Translations under genes and position numbers: made by a program | Assembly (NCBI RefSeq): GCF_006345805.1 | Contig: NC_043006.1 | Coordinates: forward strand, 12,586,001 to 12,650,000 | Origin: Octopus sinensis | Taxonomy: Eukaryota | Direction of reading: 5' to 3' | DNA: 64,000 nucleotides | Notes under the pieces: model-generated | The model's input: the letters and a program-made list of their open reading frames with translations, nothing else | The model's database searches: none | What the model was told of the DNA's origin: nothing | Part shown: positions 12,147 through 24,338 of the stretch, piece by piece | How positions within the stretch are numbered: the first letter of the stretch is position 1 | Layout of the letters: every line of letters starts with the position of its first letter

Positions 12147-12280
12147 TTACACAGAATAAAAATGTCATCAGGAATTAAATGGGATGAGTAAGACTTTTAC
12201 GAGTACAACAGCTGTTGGACCCCTAAGACTCTTACTCACTCAACCCCTTTAATTCCTGCTGTCATTTCTATTCTGTGTAA
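12147..12280. repeat. Imperfect inverted repeat (~48-bp arms)
   Basis: ttacacagaataaaaatgtcatcaggaattaaatggg...ccctttaattcctgctgtcatttctattctgtgtaa. Confidence 0.75.
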
Positions 12281-12574
12281 TTCGGGTTTTTTTTTTATAT
12301 GTAGGCATATAAAAAATGTGTTCGTTTTAAACTAAACGAACACTGCGGAATGTATATATGTATATATGTATGTATGTGTGTATGTCATTATCCAGTTTAT
12401 TTCGTGATTTCTTGCCAACAGAGAAAGAACGGGGTTCTAACTTAGATCGAAGGTTTCTTCACTGGAATTTCAACATCAACAACAGGGTATTTTTGCTTGT
12501 ATGTGTGTATGCATGTATGTATGTATGTATGTATGTATGTATGTATGTATGTATGTATGTATGTATGTATACTC

Positions 12575-12832
12575 TTTACTCTTTTACTCTTTTACTCTTT
12601 TACTCCTTTACTTGTTTCAGTCATTTGACTGCGGCCATGCTGGAGCACCGCCTTTAGTCGAGCACATCGACCCCGGGACTTATTCTTTGTAAGCCCAGTA
12701 CTTATTCTATCGGTCTCTTTTGCCGAACCGCTAAGTGACGGGGACGTAAACACACCAGCATCGGTTGTCAAGCAATGCTAGGGGGACAACACAGACACAC
12801 AAACACACACACATACATATATATATATATAT

Positions 12833-12864
<32 letters not shown>

Positions 12865-13055
12865 ATATTATATAGAAGGAGCTTCTACAGGACTAGAACT
12901 GTTTCATTCAAGAGAATCATCAGGAAACTGATGATTTCTCTTGAATGAAACAGTTCTAGTCCTGTAGAAGCTCCTTCTATATAATAAATTAATTTTACTC
13001 TGCTATGTATTGAGTACCTTATTTACTGTGGCTAACCCCGAATCAACCCGGGACC

Positions 13056-13136
<81 letters not shown>

Positions 13137-13285
13137 TACGACAGGCTTCTTTCAGTTTCCGTCTACCAAATCCACTCACAAGGCATTAGTCGGCCCGGGG
13201 CTATAGCAGAAGACACTTGCCCAAGATGCCACGCAGTGGGACTGAACCCGGAACCATGTGGTTGGTTAGCAAACTACTTACCACA
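12575..13285 (-). mobile_element. SINE family B interrupted in its (TA)n by a Penelope-like insertion (12866-13055)
   Basis: Head ggcgcaggagtggctgtgtggtaagtag...ggttcagtccc and tail gactgaaacaagtaaaagagta(n); the two halves are separated by the insertion. Confidence 0.9.
12866..12986. repeat. Fold-back palindrome (~57-bp arms, GAAA loop) with CTGATGA...GAAAC motif
   Basis: The arms are reverse complements except for one bulged base; loop at 12924-12927. Confidence 0.9.
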
Positions 13286-13399
13286 CAGCCACTCCTGCGC
13301 CTATTATGTATGTATGTATGTGCGTATGTATGTTTGTATTATGTATGTATGCATGCGCAGATTTGAATGTTTTATGTATATATTCTTATACATATAGTT

Positions 13400-14250
13400 A
13401 CATATCACACGTGCTGATATATATTTAAATGATAAATCTGGAAAGTTTTACTAATGTTTACAGTTCCAGTGATGGATTGGATCTGTAGTCTTCGAATTAG
13501 TTTTTTCCTTTCTGGTTTTGAGAAGCCTAATTTCTCAAGATTGGTATTTAGGCAGTGTGTTACATATCCCACGGCCCCAATAATTACAGGTATAAACCTG
13601 AACTTGTAATCTGGATAGAGTAACAGCAGATTTCTCAATAGTTCAGCATAGGTGTTTTCTTTTTCACTGATCTTCAGCTTTATGTTAACATCCGCTGGGC
13701 AACTAATTTCCACAATTGTACACAGTTTCTCTTCGGCATCCTAAATCATTATATTAGGTCTGTTGTGCCTATATTATGAGTGGTTATGGCTTCTGCCATA
13801 TTGTGGCTTTTTGTTTCTTTGTCCTTGGGATTAACTTTCTAACGGATTTCATTAGAGAGCATCTTACCTACAATGTCATGTCTCATCGGTAGATTATACT
13901 GTGATGATATATTCGAGCAACTGCTTATGATGTAGGTGATATCTTCAGTGTGAACTCCGCAAAGTCTGCATTGGTTGTCACATTTTACAACTTTTTCTAC
14001 ATCTCTATCTCTCTTCTGCATCAGGTGCTTGGTGGATATTTCCTGTTCCTGGATTGCAAACGCATGCCCTTCAGAGAGTTGGTAGTAATCCGGCTATTCG
14101 TCCATGATAAAATGTTTTGATGATCGATGTTACTATCATGACGGAGCTTTCTGGTAACTTATCCATGCATAGTCTTCTGCTCATATAGACCCATCCTTTC
14201 ATCTCATGATGTTGCGGTATCAATTGTAAATAAGTACTAGCTAAACTGGA
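13400..14250 (-). mobile_element. RLE-type (Dong/R4-like) LINE 3' fragment
   Basis: Zn knuckle CRLCGVHTEDITYIISSC...RHDIVGK, then the RLE region CPADVNIKLKISEKENTY...FIPVIIGAVG. A sister fragment lies at 51235-51370 (+). Confidence 0.9.
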
Positions 14251-14291
14251 CTGCTTTGCCTACCAATCAAAATTACTGACCTTGTTCCAAA

Positions 14292-14667
14292 TTATTATTA
14301 CTATTACTATTATTATTATTACTATTATTACTATTATTATTATTACTATTATTATTACTATTATTACTATTATTATTATTACTATTATTATTACTATTAT
14401 TACTATTATTATTATTACCGTTATTATTACTATTATTATTATTACTATTATTATTATTACTATTATTATTACTATTATTACTATTATTATTATTACTATT
14501 ATTATTACTATTATTATTATTATTATTACTATTATTATTATTACTATAATTATTATTATTATTACTATTATTATTATTACTATTATTATTATTACTATTA
14601 ATATTACTACTTTTATTATTACTACTATTATTATTACTAGTATTATTATTACTATTATTATTATTAC

Positions 14668-14700
<33 letters not shown>

Positions 14701-14717
14701 CATTATTATTATTATTA

Positions 14718-14778
<61 letters not shown>
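14292..14778. repeat. Compound (ATT)n/(ACT) microsatellite
   Basis: Direct reading; source of the poly-Ile ORFs. Confidence 0.95.
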
Positions 14779-14900
14779 GTAAGGTGGCATTTCGTCCGTC
14801 TTACGCTTTGAGCTCAAATTCTGCCGAGATCGACTTTACCTGTTATACTTTTTAGGTCGATGAAATAAGTAGCAGTCAGGAACTGGGGTCGATATAAACA
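14778..14900 (+). mobile_element. SINE family A, partial
   Basis: Core gagctcaaattctgccgagatcgactttacc...gtcgatgaaataagt. Confidence 0.8.
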
Positions 14901-16066
14901 ATTTTTTAAACAATTTGAAAACATTATTGTTATTATGATGATGTGGTGAACTGGTAGACTTGCTAGAACGCTGGAAAATTGCTTAAAGGCATTTCAAACT
15001 CTGTGTCGATAAAAGGAAAACAGAAAAAGGATGACATGCAAAGTCTGTTTCAGCGGGTTTTGAACTGAGATTTGCAAAGAACTGGAAGAAATATTCCATG
15101 ATTCTCCCCATTTCACCCGTGTTTATTTTTCTGATTTTGACACACGGTCAGCAATTTTATGATGTGAGGATTAGTAGTCGATGCCATTGGCCAATTTACT
15201 AGACCAGTTTTATTTAATTTTATCAACCCCAGAAGTATGAAAGACAAAGTTGACCCTAGCGCACCAAAGCAAATAAAAAGGGTCATTACAAATTTATATA
15301 TATCATTAAACATCGAACTTCTTATTGAACTCTTCATCTTTAACTTGGGGCGTTTGAATATTTGTTCTTATATAAGCCGTCTTCCTCAATATTTATGCCG
15401 CATTTATTTTTATTTCCAACCATTTATTTCTCGTTCTTTTATCTTTTATATTATATCTTTTATGATTTCTTTCCCTTTCAATTACTTTCTTTTATTTACT
15501 ACATTAACATTTTATTCTTCATTTCATTTCTTTGCCGTTTTTTTTCTTTTTGCCTATAGAGTTGGTATTGTATCTTTTATCTGTCTTTGTCTTTCATCTT
15601 ATTTGTTTATTTCGTCGCTTTTGTCTTCTTTATCTTGCTCTTTATCTATTAAAAAGTTATTGTTGCTTAATATTTCTTTTTAGCCACCATCTTTTATCCT
15701 GTGAAATTCTTTTTATATTTTTTTTACTTTATTTAAGCCTCGATACATATTCAATATTTCAAAATTTTACACTATTTCTATTTTCGCCTAAACGTTTTCT
15801 CTTCGCTCACAATAATTTTACCTCCTTTCCTTCCTACAAACTAGAGATATATTTTTTTGAACTCTCTTATCTATGTGTAACCTCTATTTTCGGACAAGTG
15901 CGCAGAACTTAAACAAAACATTATTAACGAATACAAAGAGATTCCATGTATAGGATCAAAGATAGGATAATAATTCATATCAATTGCTTCGATCGCATAC
16001 GTGCCAGAAGGAACAACACTCTAACAGATTAGAGGAAAATTCAAACAAGATATAAAGAAACATTAC

Positions 16067-16159
16067 CTGATCCCACACAAAATTGTGACTTAAACGCTAT
16101 CACGGATCTTGATTCATGCTCTTCAACAATCACCAACACACGTATGACTATAACAATTA
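16067..16159 (-). CDS. Candidate 93-nt internal exon (phase 1-1), unknown protein
   Basis: Acceptor atttatttcAG and donor CAG|GTAATG; the only open frame is xIVIVIRVLVIVEEHESRSVIAFKSQFCVGS. Confidence 0.35.
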
Positions 16160-16745
16160 CTGAAATAAATCTCCAAATATATCCAAGATACAATTCCGTT
16201 TATAGATGAGACGTTTTGTACTCGACATATCTTCTAGTAATGCTTTATAAGCTAACAGCCATTACAAACACACTCCAATTCTGTATTAGTACCAAAATAT
16301 ACTGTTGTGAACGCTTCCAAGAAGTTCATTTACAACCAATCACGCACCCTCTAAGACAGTGATTCCTAGAACTATTACCCGTCACGAGCACTTGAAGTTC
16401 ATTCTATAACTTAGTTGAATCCAAAGTTGATTATTATATACCTTATAATTATTTTTCTTTCTTTCATAAAGTTAAATTTCTTAAGAGATTAATCAAATCA
16501 CAAAATTCACCTTGAAATGTTTGTCAAATCTACCAAAATCCACAAGAAATGTTTACGAAATTTCATTTTAGTCAAGATATTTTTAAAGAGAATTACTCAA
16601 AGATCAATATAACATACTTTTTTTCCATAGTGTTACCTTTGGACAACCTACAGATGAGACTATTTTCCTCTTATAGAGAAAGTGTCATGCAAGTAAAATA
16701 AAATTACGCAGGTAAACAGAAAAATATGTAAAAATGCATTTGTAT

Positions 16746-16786
<41 letters not shown>

Positions 16787-17062
16787 TTACACACTCACGT
16801 TGTGCTTGTGTACGTATGTTTGTGAGATACGCTATTTAGCGGTTAGAAACAGCAGTTAAATCCCTCTGAAATAACACCCTGTCGTCTTAAGGTCCTGTAT
16901 ATGTGTTCGTGTGAGTGTATGTGTGTGTGTTTATGTCTATGTGTGTGTAAGCACGCATATGCATATGTATGTATATGTGTATGTATATGTATGTATACAG
17001 GCTATCACTAAATAAATGAAAATGGTTACGGACGGAACAACCTCGGTCATAAGTTTACGAGA

Positions 17063-17215
17063 TCAGGTATGACCAAGGCACTGTTCACCACGACCACCAC
17101 CACCAATGAAAACAAATAAAATAACAGAAACAACAAGTATAAATGCAATACCAATGATAGATACGAAACGCCGAACCTTGAAGTAGCTGTCCAACACCTT
17201 TAACGATTCTACAAT
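17063..17215 (-). CDS. Candidate phase-0 exon or ORF with a hydrophobic segment
   Basis: cttcAG|IVESLKVLDSYFKVRRFVSIIGIAFILVVSVILFVFIGGGGRGEQCLGHT*. The hydrophobicity may simply reflect T-rich low-complexity DNA. Confidence 0.25.
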   Translation of the reverse strand: MVESLKVLDSYFKVRRFVSIIGIAFILVVSVILFVFIGGGGRGEQCLGHT

Positions 17216-17568
17216 CTGAAGATCTTCAAATATATTCCATTATAATTCAAGGGATTTTTGAATAATCGAAGTGTTCATTCTATTATCATATGTATATTCA
17301 CATAGAGAGTAGTTAGACATATCAGACCAGAAGTAGGATTCCATTAAGAATTACCATTAGGTAAGTTCCAGATTTCAAATATTATTATCGATTGAAATTT
17401 TTACTCTGTCAGTGTTATTGTTCGCCATTTCACTCGTGTATGGTAATACAATGCATATTATGACGTATTTTCAGTTCGAAATAACGCTTTTACATTGCAA
17501 TAATTACAAGAAACTTAACCTTAAGAATATAAATACATACATACATACACACACAAACACACATACAC

Positions 17569-17569
<1 letters not shown>

Positions 17570-17600
<31 letters not shown>

Positions 17601-17615
17601 TTATATGTATGAATG

Positions 17616-17663
<48 letters not shown>

Positions 17664-17677
17664 TATATGTATGTGTG

Positions 17678-17721
<44 letters not shown>

Positions 17722-17759
17722 CATACATATATATATATATATATGTTTATATGTATGTG

Positions 17760-17792
<33 letters not shown>

Positions 17793-17847
17793 GTTTATAT
17801 GTATGTATATATATATATATACATGTATATATATGTTTATATGCATG

Positions 17848-17878
<31 letters not shown>

Positions 17879-17904
17879 ATATATATATTACTTATATATA
17901 TGTA

Positions 17905-17935
<31 letters not shown>
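17570..17935. repeat. (TA)n/(TG)n microsatellite block
   Basis: Direct reading. Confidence 0.95.
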
Positions 17936-17940
<5 letters not shown>

Positions 17941-18409
17941 TACGTATGTATGTGCGTGTGGGTGTATATTTTGTATTTTTTTTAACTTAAAATCAACTCT
18001 TAAGAAATGTATTTTGAATTCAGGCAACCGATGGTTGCATCAATTGATGAGCCTCTTGACTGTTAAGCTTTTGCATCTTACATTCTCGTGACTCTAAGAT
18101 GTCCTCCATTGAAATTCTAGTTCCCTTATAGTCTCTTATAGTTTAAGGGTTTCTAGATTGTGGCGGTTGTGTCGAATATATACATAAACACACAATAGAT
18201 ACATTTACACATACATAAACATTCCTATTTAAATATATACTTACATACATTATTACTTATATACTAACGTATATTCATACATACATACATACAAACAAAC
18301 ATACATACATACATACATGCGTACATAGATAAAAGCATATATAATTGTGCATTGCTGTGAAATACAAGGTGTTTCATTACCTATTACTCATTGATGAAAG
18401 AGCTCAACG

Positions 18410-18485
18410 AATGTATTTAAAATATGGTGGGCGAAGGAGTTTTAAAAAATGTATTTAAAATATGGTGGGCGAAGGAGTTTTAAAA
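18410..18485. repeat. Perfect 38-bp tandem duplication
   Basis: aatgtatttaaaatatggtgggcgaaggagttttaaaa x2. Confidence 0.95.
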
Positions 18486-19209
18486 ATAAATTAACACTAA
18501 GTTTCAAAACTTCTGCATTTATTAATCTTGAATAAAGAAAGAAAAAGGAGAGTTCGATGAAGAGAGATAACTTTCATACAAGCACACATAAGAAATAGGA
18601 TATTTCAATATAGAAAGGAAAGAGAAGGTTCGCATGAGAACGCGAAAGGAAAGGGAATATAGATGTTGTATACTGTGTAGTGTTTGTGAAATGGAATGAA
18701 TTTTGATTTGTGTTTATAAAGAATGGCGACGTATAGCAATGCATGCATGCGTTCCTCCCTCGTTCCATCCATTCATCCATCCGGCCATCCATACATGCAT
18801 TCAGACAGACATATATGAGTGCTTATTTGTATTTGTGTAAAAGTCTATGTATGTATAAACACAGACATACATTCATTTTTGAGATATTATATTTAGTGAA
18901 AACAAACCGTATGGGAAGTTTATGAAGAATTTAGACGAAATGAATTTTAAATAAAGAGAATGAGTATATAAATATCAAGTAATATTTTTAATGAATTCAA
19001 AGATAGCAAACTAATATTTAGGTTAATATCAATATCTACAGTTTATTGCGATTGTGAAGAATAAATGATTAAGGAGAGATCGAACAAAACATATCTTGGA
19101 ATACAATGGCAGATGGTGTATATTTGAGGGCAGCAAAAACACCGTCTAAGGAAGATTAAAACAATTAGAGGTTAAATTGAGATAATTAGCTAGTGCGAAA
19201 ATACCATAT

Positions 19210-19590
19210 ACCTTGTGCCAACCACATGGTTCCGGGTTCAGTCCCACTGCGTGGCACCTTGGGCAAGTGTCTTCTACTATAGCCTCGTACCGACCAAAGC
19301 CTTGTGAGTGGATTTGGTAGACGGAAACTGAAAGAAGCCCGTCGTATATATGTATATATATATATATGCGTGTGTGTGTTTGTGTGTCTGTGTTTGTCCC
19401 CCTAGCATTGCTTGACAACCGATGCTGGTGTGTTTATGTCCCCGTTACTTAGCGGTTCGGCAAAAGAGACTGATAGAATAAGTACTGGGCTTACAAAAGA
19501 ATAAGTCCCGGGGTCGAGTTACTCGATTAAAAGGCGATGCTCCAGCATGGTCGCAGTCAAATGACTGAAACAAGTAAAATAGTAAAAGAG
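19210..19590 (+). mobile_element. SINE family B (head truncated)
   Basis: ccaaccacatggttccgggttcagtccc ... gactgaaacaagtaaaa. Confidence 0.9.
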
Positions 19591-20049
19591 AGAGAGAGAG
19601 AGTAATATGGAAGATTATATCACAAATGTCTCTTACCTACACCCTTTATGGCCCTTTTATCTTACCCATGTAGTAGCACACGAGATTTCTTACCTCCCTA
19701 CTTCTTCCTCTATTTCAACATTACGGAACTACACTAAAATATCCTTATGTGAAAATAATTGTTTTAATTGATTCACAGAATCTTCTACGAAAGTAAATTA
19801 AGTTAACGACCTGTGTAATGATACTTCAAGCTTACATAACTCTACTTCTTGTTTGTTTTCTTGCATAATTTCCTGTTATTAAGTGATATTTATCTTCCTA
19901 TGTTATACGCTTTATATATTTACTCAGCTAATATGAAATTGTGTTTCTTTTTCTTTTAACGGACAACCATTATAATCTGCACTATACGGCTATGTGTGTA
20001 TGAGAGTAATATGATCTTCAACTACAAATATATATGTGTATATAAATGC

Positions 20050-20087
<38 letters not shown>

Positions 20088-20174
20088 TCTTGTGAATTTA
20101 TAGAAAGGAATTTCTTAAAACACACCAAATTTGTTAAAAATTGAGAAGAGATCTTAAATTGTAAGAGAATTTTA

Positions 20175-20817
20175 ATTACCTCCGCCAAGGAAGGCGATTA
20201 TGTTTTCATCGCCATTGGTTTGTCCGTCTGTCCGACTGTGGGCAAAATAGCTCAAAAAGTTATGAACGGTATCTGATGAAACATGCGAGAAACGTTGGTA
20301 ATGACACAAGGAACAGATGATGAAATTTTGGTAGTGATCCGGGAAGTTTTAGGGATTCTTGAAGGATTTTTCATTTGTTATATTTACTTTACATGAAGTA
20401 TTACAACGTTATGTTCTTTGATTATCTCCCTTGAAAACAAGTACATCGTTTCTACGTAACCTATGGTGGCATTGGTGTTTTCAAAATTTATTTTCGTTTT
20501 CTCTATTAGTAATTTTACTCGCACTGTGTGTGCATCACTCAAGTTTTAGGTAATTGTTGTTTCTTTTTAGTTATATGGCGAAACTAGCTTCTTGTTGCCA
20601 TTGATGTATTATAACTGCTTCAGTTGATTCCTGTTTTTAAGTGTTTCTTTTTAAAAATCATATGGCTGTGTTATTTCTTTTAACCCCGCCAAGGAGGTTA
20701 TGTTTTTTGCCAGCGTTGGTTTGGGAACTTGGCGACGTATATGGGTGTATATGTATGTATATGGGTGGAAATGAACTGCTTGGCGGAGATCTGCAATCTC
20801 CGAGTGCTTTTCTAGTT
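20175..20817 (+). mobile_element. Helentron-associated non-autonomous element (HINE/DINE-like) with a second 5' end at 20681
   Basis: 5' ttacctccgccaagga; complementary 3' cttggcggagat followed by a short stem-loop-like segment and ttttctagtt; internal taaccccgccaaggaggttatgtttt. Confidence 0.7.
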
Positions 20818-21079
20818 CATGCATACATGTATACATATGTGTATATATATGTAGACGATCGAACAGGGATATAAAAATCATGCAAATTCATGGTTGAAAA
20901 GAAATAACTAAATTAATTAATTTAATCACAGTACTCATTAGTACAAGAAGTATAAACAATTTTTTTTTACAAAGGACTCAATAAACGAAATAGCAGAGTA
21001 GGATTTAGGAGGTCCGCGAAATTAAAAGACGAAACTTAATTCAGCCTCCCTATTAAAGGAGGAAATTCAATTCAACCTT

Positions 21080-21230
21080 TATACCGTCTACCAAATCCAC
21101 TCACATAACTTTGGTCGGCCCGAGGCTACAGGACAAGACACTTGCCCAAGGTCCCACTTAGTGGGACTGAAGCCGGAACCATGTGGTTGGGAAGCACGTT
21201 TCTTACCACACAGCCACAACTGCGCCTATG
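21080..21230 (-). mobile_element. SINE family B, 5' half
   Basis: Reverse-complement head motifs. Confidence 0.85.
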
Positions 21231-21542
21231 TATATATATAATATATATATAATATATATATATAATATATATATATATATATTCATACATATATATACTC
21301 ATACACACACACATATTTCATGTTTACGTCAGATTTGTCCGTTTCATTTATCAAATCTCACCTGTTTGACGTCTTACTTGAAGATGTTTGATTGCATGTG
21401 ATAATGTAATGTATGATAACATCAGTAAATTTTAAACGTCATTCGTGTTCTCGTTATACATACAAACATATATATATATATGTATATATATATATAATAT
21501 ATAATATATATATATATATAATATATATATGTATATATATAT

Positions 21543-21573
<31 letters not shown>

Positions 21574-21646
21574 ATATATATATATATAATATATATATAA
21601 TATATATATATAATATATATATATATGTGTGTGTGTATATATATAT

Positions 21647-21859
21647 ATATTATTAGTGAATTGAAGAAATGGAGTTGAACGAAGATTGAACAGAAATCCT
21701 TTTATTGCATTCTACACGTGTTTCGAAAGCCACAATTTACCAAATTCCGATTGAATCGGAATTTGGTAAATTGTGGCTTTCGAAACACGTGTAGAATGCA
21801 ATAAAAGGATTTCTGTTCAATCTTCGTTCAACTCCATTTCTTCAATTCACTAATAATAT
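21647..21859. repeat. Perfect palindrome (106-bp arms, 1-nt spacer at 21753); Penelope-like pLTR continues to ~21988
   Basis: Arms checked by eye with no mismatch; the right arm carries GAAACACGTGTA, a hammerhead 3' half. Confidence 0.95.
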
Positions 21860-21988
21860 TAAAATTCAATTATCCGCACCAACGCACGGTTGCAACACCA
21901 TATGGTTGTACCTCCAACCGTGCTTTCTTCTGCTGTGATTTTTGCTACCAAGGTATCGGTTAAACTTTTGATTAATCTGCATTCATCT

Positions 21989-22043
<55 letters not shown>

Positions 22044-22549
22044 GAGACAGGTGGATATTGGTCTTGGCATAGGCAGAGTGTAGCCATTTCCCTGTTTATT
22101 TCGTTGTCAGCCGTTGCATTAAAGTAGAAAATATTTAATATTGTCGAGACAGCTGTAACAAAAGCTGGAGCAGAAAACATTAACATCAAACAATCTGCTC
22201 ATAAAAGCTATAACAGCAAGCTGCAAATTGTTAAAGGATACGTTGTAAACTGCCAAAAGCATTATTTTTAATAAAGTATCACATGATTATAGAAATATAC
22301 ACCTACATGCTTATAACTAATACTGAGAATATATCATATTAAAGAACACGTACGATCCATACCGCTATTCTAGTTTCTCACTGGTTTTAAATATCAGAGA
22401 CATCTCTCCTTTCATGTGTCTTATAGTTTTGTCAACGATTGATTACTGCTCCTTCTTTGAAAGCCCATACACACACGCATGTAATTCATCTAGTTCTCCA
22501 TGCGTAGGCACGTGCGCGTGTATAGGTGCATACACAACTATATAACATA

Positions 22550-22582
<33 letters not shown>

Positions 22583-22694
22583 GTACATACATATGTGTGT
22601 ATATTTAATATACTCAAAATATACATACATACTGATAACTAGAGACATATATGCGTGTGTCCTTGTGTGGGAGAATATGTACGCTTATATGTGC

Positions 22695-22940
22695 CTACAT
22701 GAATATTATAGAAACAAATCCCGTAGTTTTAAGTATGTCCAAGAAATAATATTTATTTTGCTTCCAGGGTAATATAGAATAACTATAAACTAATCCTGCC
22801 TGCTGTTGTTCAAGAAATGATACTGTGTTCTCTTTAAGCATTCCTTTGTGATTCAGAAGTAAATCGTCACAGAATAGAGCGAGAGAATGCCTTGTGTACG
22901 CTGCATGCTGCATTTCAAAAAGTGAGATTAGTTCCATAAT
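22695..22940 (-). CDS. Candidate exon or ORF, unknown protein
   Basis: aatcAG|IMELISLFEMQHAAYTRHSLALFCDDLLLNHKGMLKENTVSFLEQQQAGL...; non-repetitive, protein-like composition; no strong donor found. Confidence 0.3.
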   Translation of the reverse strand: MMELISLFEMQHAAYTRHSLALFCDDLLLNHKGMLKENTVSFLEQQQAGLVYSYSILPWKQNKYYFLDILKTTGFVSIIFM

Positions 22941-23719
22941 CTGATTTAATTAAATATTCTGGGCTTCATGCGAGTACTAATGTAGTCGAGCCTCTCCCTA
23001 CATGTTTCATAATAATGCGTTTTATTTGTCGTGGTTACGATTTCGAATCACAACTAGTTATATTTGTCTTTCATTGCACAGAATTGTTAATGAAATGGCA
23101 GTAACATACTGAGTTGGGAGGCTAGTCGGCAGAATTTTAAGAGAGTTGGAGAGGTCGATCTCTGATAATTGTTCCAAAACAATGCGCTCTGAGTTCAAAT
23201 TACGCCGATGATAACTTTACCCCTATCCAAGTTGACAAACAATGAACCAGTCCTGTATTGGAGTCGGTTTTTCTCATTTCTCAGAGTTTTATCTTTGCCT
23301 GACCGTTTGTCTGGGTTTCTTCCTTGAGAAATTGCTTGTAGTTAGGCTCATAGAAGAATGCCACTCCTGCGCCCTCATCAAATATTTGAAAACTTGGTTT
23401 ATTCGCTTATGCTATTAAAAGACGAAATAAACAGCTTGTCTGTAAGAAAGTAAATATGGGGAAAATCTATGCGATCACATGTCTTCCTAGAAATGACAAA
23501 TCTCTCTCAAATCAGATTTAACTGACTCCCAAGAAAATCTACACACGTATTGAATATTGTTGTAAAAACCATATTCAGAAGAAACCGGTGTGGGATTGTT
23601 TTGTTAAAAGCAGACTAAAGCAAATATGGTAGTATTAACAATAGATGATTATAATAATTCTTTCTGCTATACACACAAGATAGGAACTTTTAAGGAAGAG
23701 GATTAGCCTATTTTATAGA

Positions 23720-23850
23720 CCCGAGTGTTCAAGTGGTACCTATTTTATCGGCCCCGAAATGGTGAAAAGCAAAGTTGATCTTGGCCAAATTTGAACTCAG
23801 AATCCGGACGGAATACCAAGAAGCGATTGTCCAGAATGCCAACGATTGTG
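23720..23850 (-). mobile_element. SINE family A, diverged
   Basis: Reverse-complement core tgaaaagcaaagttgatcttggccaaatttgaactcag. Confidence 0.75.
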
Positions 23851-23914
23851 GCAGCTCACCGCTCTGATGCTGCTGCTGCCGATGACGACGATGACGACGA
23901 TGATGATGATGATG

Positions 23915-24205
23915 ATAAAGCAGTGACTGAAGGTTTCGTATGGGCGGCAAAAGATCAAAGCTTGCTTAACAAAAACTACCAAGCTAACGTTCTTCAAAAC
24001 GGTTCTGATCCTAAATGCAGATTATGTGATACATTTGATGAAACAATAAACCATCTCGTTTCCGGAGGTCCTGCACTGACACCAAACGAATCCCAAAATC
24101 GCCACATTATGACAATATTTTCATTGAAATATATGTAAATATACAAAATCAGTACTCCTGCTTATTTGTAGGAAGTTCATCCTGAGCCAGTGGTTGTAAG
24201 CATTA
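23915..24205 (+). mobile_element. Dong/R4-like LINE fragment (thumb/Zn-knuckle region)
   Basis: TEGFVWAAKDQSLLNKNYQANVLQNGSDPKCRLCDTFDETINHLVSG...NRH. Confidence 0.88.
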
Positions 24206-24338
24206 CAGTATAATTCATTTCATGTACGCGAAGTGGTCAAATTATGTTTTTCTAGATGAAATGGTCATGGTTGGAACGTCTTTCATTATCTTGGGGTTCG
24301 CATCGGTGTAAACCTTAATGGTATAAGTGTTATTCTTC

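Noticed and set aside
14260-14817. Long poly-Ile ORFs, and the many IYIY/CVCV/poly-Y/L/S ORFs across the window
   Set aside because: Translations of (ATT)n, (TA)n, (TG)n and (TCT)n microsatellites.
15237-15912. Hydrophobic ORFs of 126-148 aa
   Set aside because: T-rich low-complexity DNA starting in a SINE remnant; no splice or domain support.
19695-19735. Micro-exon FRNVEIEEEVG with a GTAAGA donor
   Set aside because: 35 nt, ambiguous acceptor and several competing GTAAG sites; not distinguishable from chance.
22695-22940. Cullin identity for LALFCDDLL, and death-domain identity for 4336-4424
   Set aside because: Only short motif resemblances, in the wrong order or context.
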